This document shows, piece by piece, positions 62,559 to 64,000 of a stretch of 64,000 nt of DNA. Position numbers and translations under genes: made by a program. The stretch is from Squalus acanthias (lineage: Eukaryota). Location: NCBI GenBank assembly GCA_030390025.1, contig CM059431.1:109432001-109496000 (forward strand), written 5' to 3'. Positions within the stretch are counted from its first letter, which is position 1, and each line of letters starts with the position of its first letter. The notes under the pieces were generated by a model. That model was given only the letters and a program-made list of their open reading frames with translations. It was not told the DNA's origin and did no database searches.

Positions 62559-63318
62559 TTGGTCTAAGGCACAATGGGCTGAGCGGCCTCCTTCTGCGTT
62601 ATATGTTTCAATGATTGCCACCCCAAAGCAGCCAGTAAGAGTTACAAGATTGGCCCAGGAATGTTTCAAATTTTTCCGTCTTCCGTGAAGAAGCACCTGA
62701 CCTCAAATTAGTTCTTGTAGCTCAGACCGAGTATTCGGCAGCATGGAGGATTGCTGGTGCAAGTTATCATCCTCCCACTCTATAGCGTCTCACATAAGTG
62801 TTCCAACACAGGGTAGTCCTGAGCCACCTAACTACTAATGGCTTCAGCTAGTGCATGCTTGCCCCAGGATCACAGAACTGACTATAACAATGTAATATTG
62901 TTGTTGATCATTACTGCAAGTTGCATTTATGAAGTTTAGCTATATCACCTTTACAACATGAAGTGTGGGCAAGCCTCCTAATAAGGCTCCTTGGAGGTGA
63001 TTAATCAACCAAATCTCGATCCTGGTTTCCCTGTGCACCTCACGTGCAGCTAGGGGGAAAGACACCAAGATAAGTGGGGATGGAAAAATTAAAAGGGTTC
63101 GCCACAGGAAGGGCTGGAAAGTGCCTCAAGCAGCTAATGATGGAGCTGATCAGTGGAGGCTTGTTGGCAACTGGACTGGCCACTCGTTCTGCCAAAAGGC
63201 AGAAGAAAATGAATACTTTGAAATTCACAAACAATGTTCAAGATGAGGCAAATGCGCCATGTGGTCTGAGATGAGGACCACTCCAGGTTCAATGCCTAGT
63301 CTGCATTGGGGTGGTAAC

Positions 63319-63486
63319 CAATGTTTTTCCCTTTAAGCTGCCATGGCTGTGTAGCTCTCTGGACCTCCCACACAGTTGGCTCGCCGGCTTTCCGATGAGG
63401 AAAACTGCGCAAGCGCGCTGTTTTGAATGGGCCGCGCAGCCCCTTAAAGGGGCCACGCACCCAAAACAAACTTAACGGGGACATTG
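63319..63486. mobile_element. hAT-type MITE
   Basis: CAATGTT...CCCTTTAAGCTG / CTTAACGGGGACATTG. 8-bp TSD GTGGTAAC/GTGGCAAC. Confidence 0.82.
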
Positions 63487-63682
63487 GTGGCAACAGAGAT
63501 GTTACAGTTGACCTCAGTGATGACGAATTAGGGAGGAGAAAAATCAGCCAGGTTTTCTCCACAATTACTATCCAGTGTTGGAAAGTAAAACATGTGGATG
63601 TTGGAGAAGGAGAGAATCAGAAATAACAACAGAAAACGTTGGAAAAACTCAGCAGGCCAGGCAACATCCGTGGAGAGAGAAA

Positions 63683-63725
63683 CAGAATTAATGTTTCAGG
63701 TCGAAGACCCTTCGTCAGAGTTCTG
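63683..63725 (-). ncRNA. Minimal type I hammerhead ribozyme motif, antisense copy
   Basis: Minus strand: CAGAACT-CTGACGA-A-GGGTC-TTC-GACCT-GAAA-C-ATT-AATTCTG. Stem II intact, stem III palindrome mutated (ACAT), one stem I mismatch. Confidence 0.55.
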
Positions 63726-63758
63726 ACGAAGGGCCTTCGACCTGAAACGTTAACTCTG
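63716..63758 (+). ncRNA. Minimal type I hammerhead ribozyme motif
   Basis: CAGAGTT-CTGACGA-A-GGGCC-TTC-GACCT-GAAA-C-GTT-AACTCTG: 7-bp stem I, intact CUGANGA/GAAA core, stem II with one mismatch, palindromic ACGT stem III. Confidence 0.72.
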
Positions 63759-64000
63759 TTTCTCTCTCCACGGATGTTGCCTGGCCTGCTGAGTTTTTCC
63801 AGCGTTTTCTGTTGTTATTTCAGTTTTCCAGCATCCGCAGTATTTTGCTATTGTAAGGAGAGAATCAGGTTCAGTTGTAATTCCAGTCATGGTCAGAATG
63901 ACCTGTTGACATTCTGTCTAGGCCCTCACATGAATAATAACACTTAGCAATATACTGTACACCATTATTTACTTCTTGTTAATGTTGTATGTGTTTGTTA

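Larger units (their letters stand above)
63620..63821. repeat. 202-bp palindrome of Penelope-like pLTR sequence
   Basis: Two 101-bp arms with no indels and 5 mismatches by manual comparison. Centre at 63720/63721. Confidence 0.93.

Overview
This is eukaryotic, repeat-dominated DNA, most likely intronic or intergenic sequence from a cartilaginous fish (shark). That assignment is inferred from an HE1-like V-SINE, Deu-domain (SacSINE1-like) SINEs and the CR1/Penelope repeat set. I could not recognise an intact host protein-coding gene. The recognisable ORFs in the supplied track are retrotransposon or transposon fragments or their antisense shadows. Retroelements: CR1 LINEs, a second CR1/L2-supergroup LINE family ('LINE-B'), L2 and RTE fragments, Penelope-like elements with hammerhead ribozyme (HHR) motifs, and tRNA-derived SINEs. 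DNA elements: a large PIF/Harbinger community (Myb/SANT and HARBI1-like remnants plus several MITE families with 3-bp TSDs), three hAT-type MITEs and one Tigger/pogo-type MITE. Many are nested with readable target-site duplications. Most notable observations: (1) a 202-bp near-perfect palindrome at 63620-63821 with a minimal HHR core on each strand; (2) a LINE-B copy whose 5' UTR is a tRNA-like SINE head/body, plus a bipartite non-autonomous derivative; (3) a candidate 15/20-nt neural-type microexon at 39961-39980; (4) an RTE insertion with a twin-priming 5' inversion; (5) a TTGACAG inverted motif shared across Harbinger families. Family names come from recognition, not database searches. Boundaries without a TSD are approximate.
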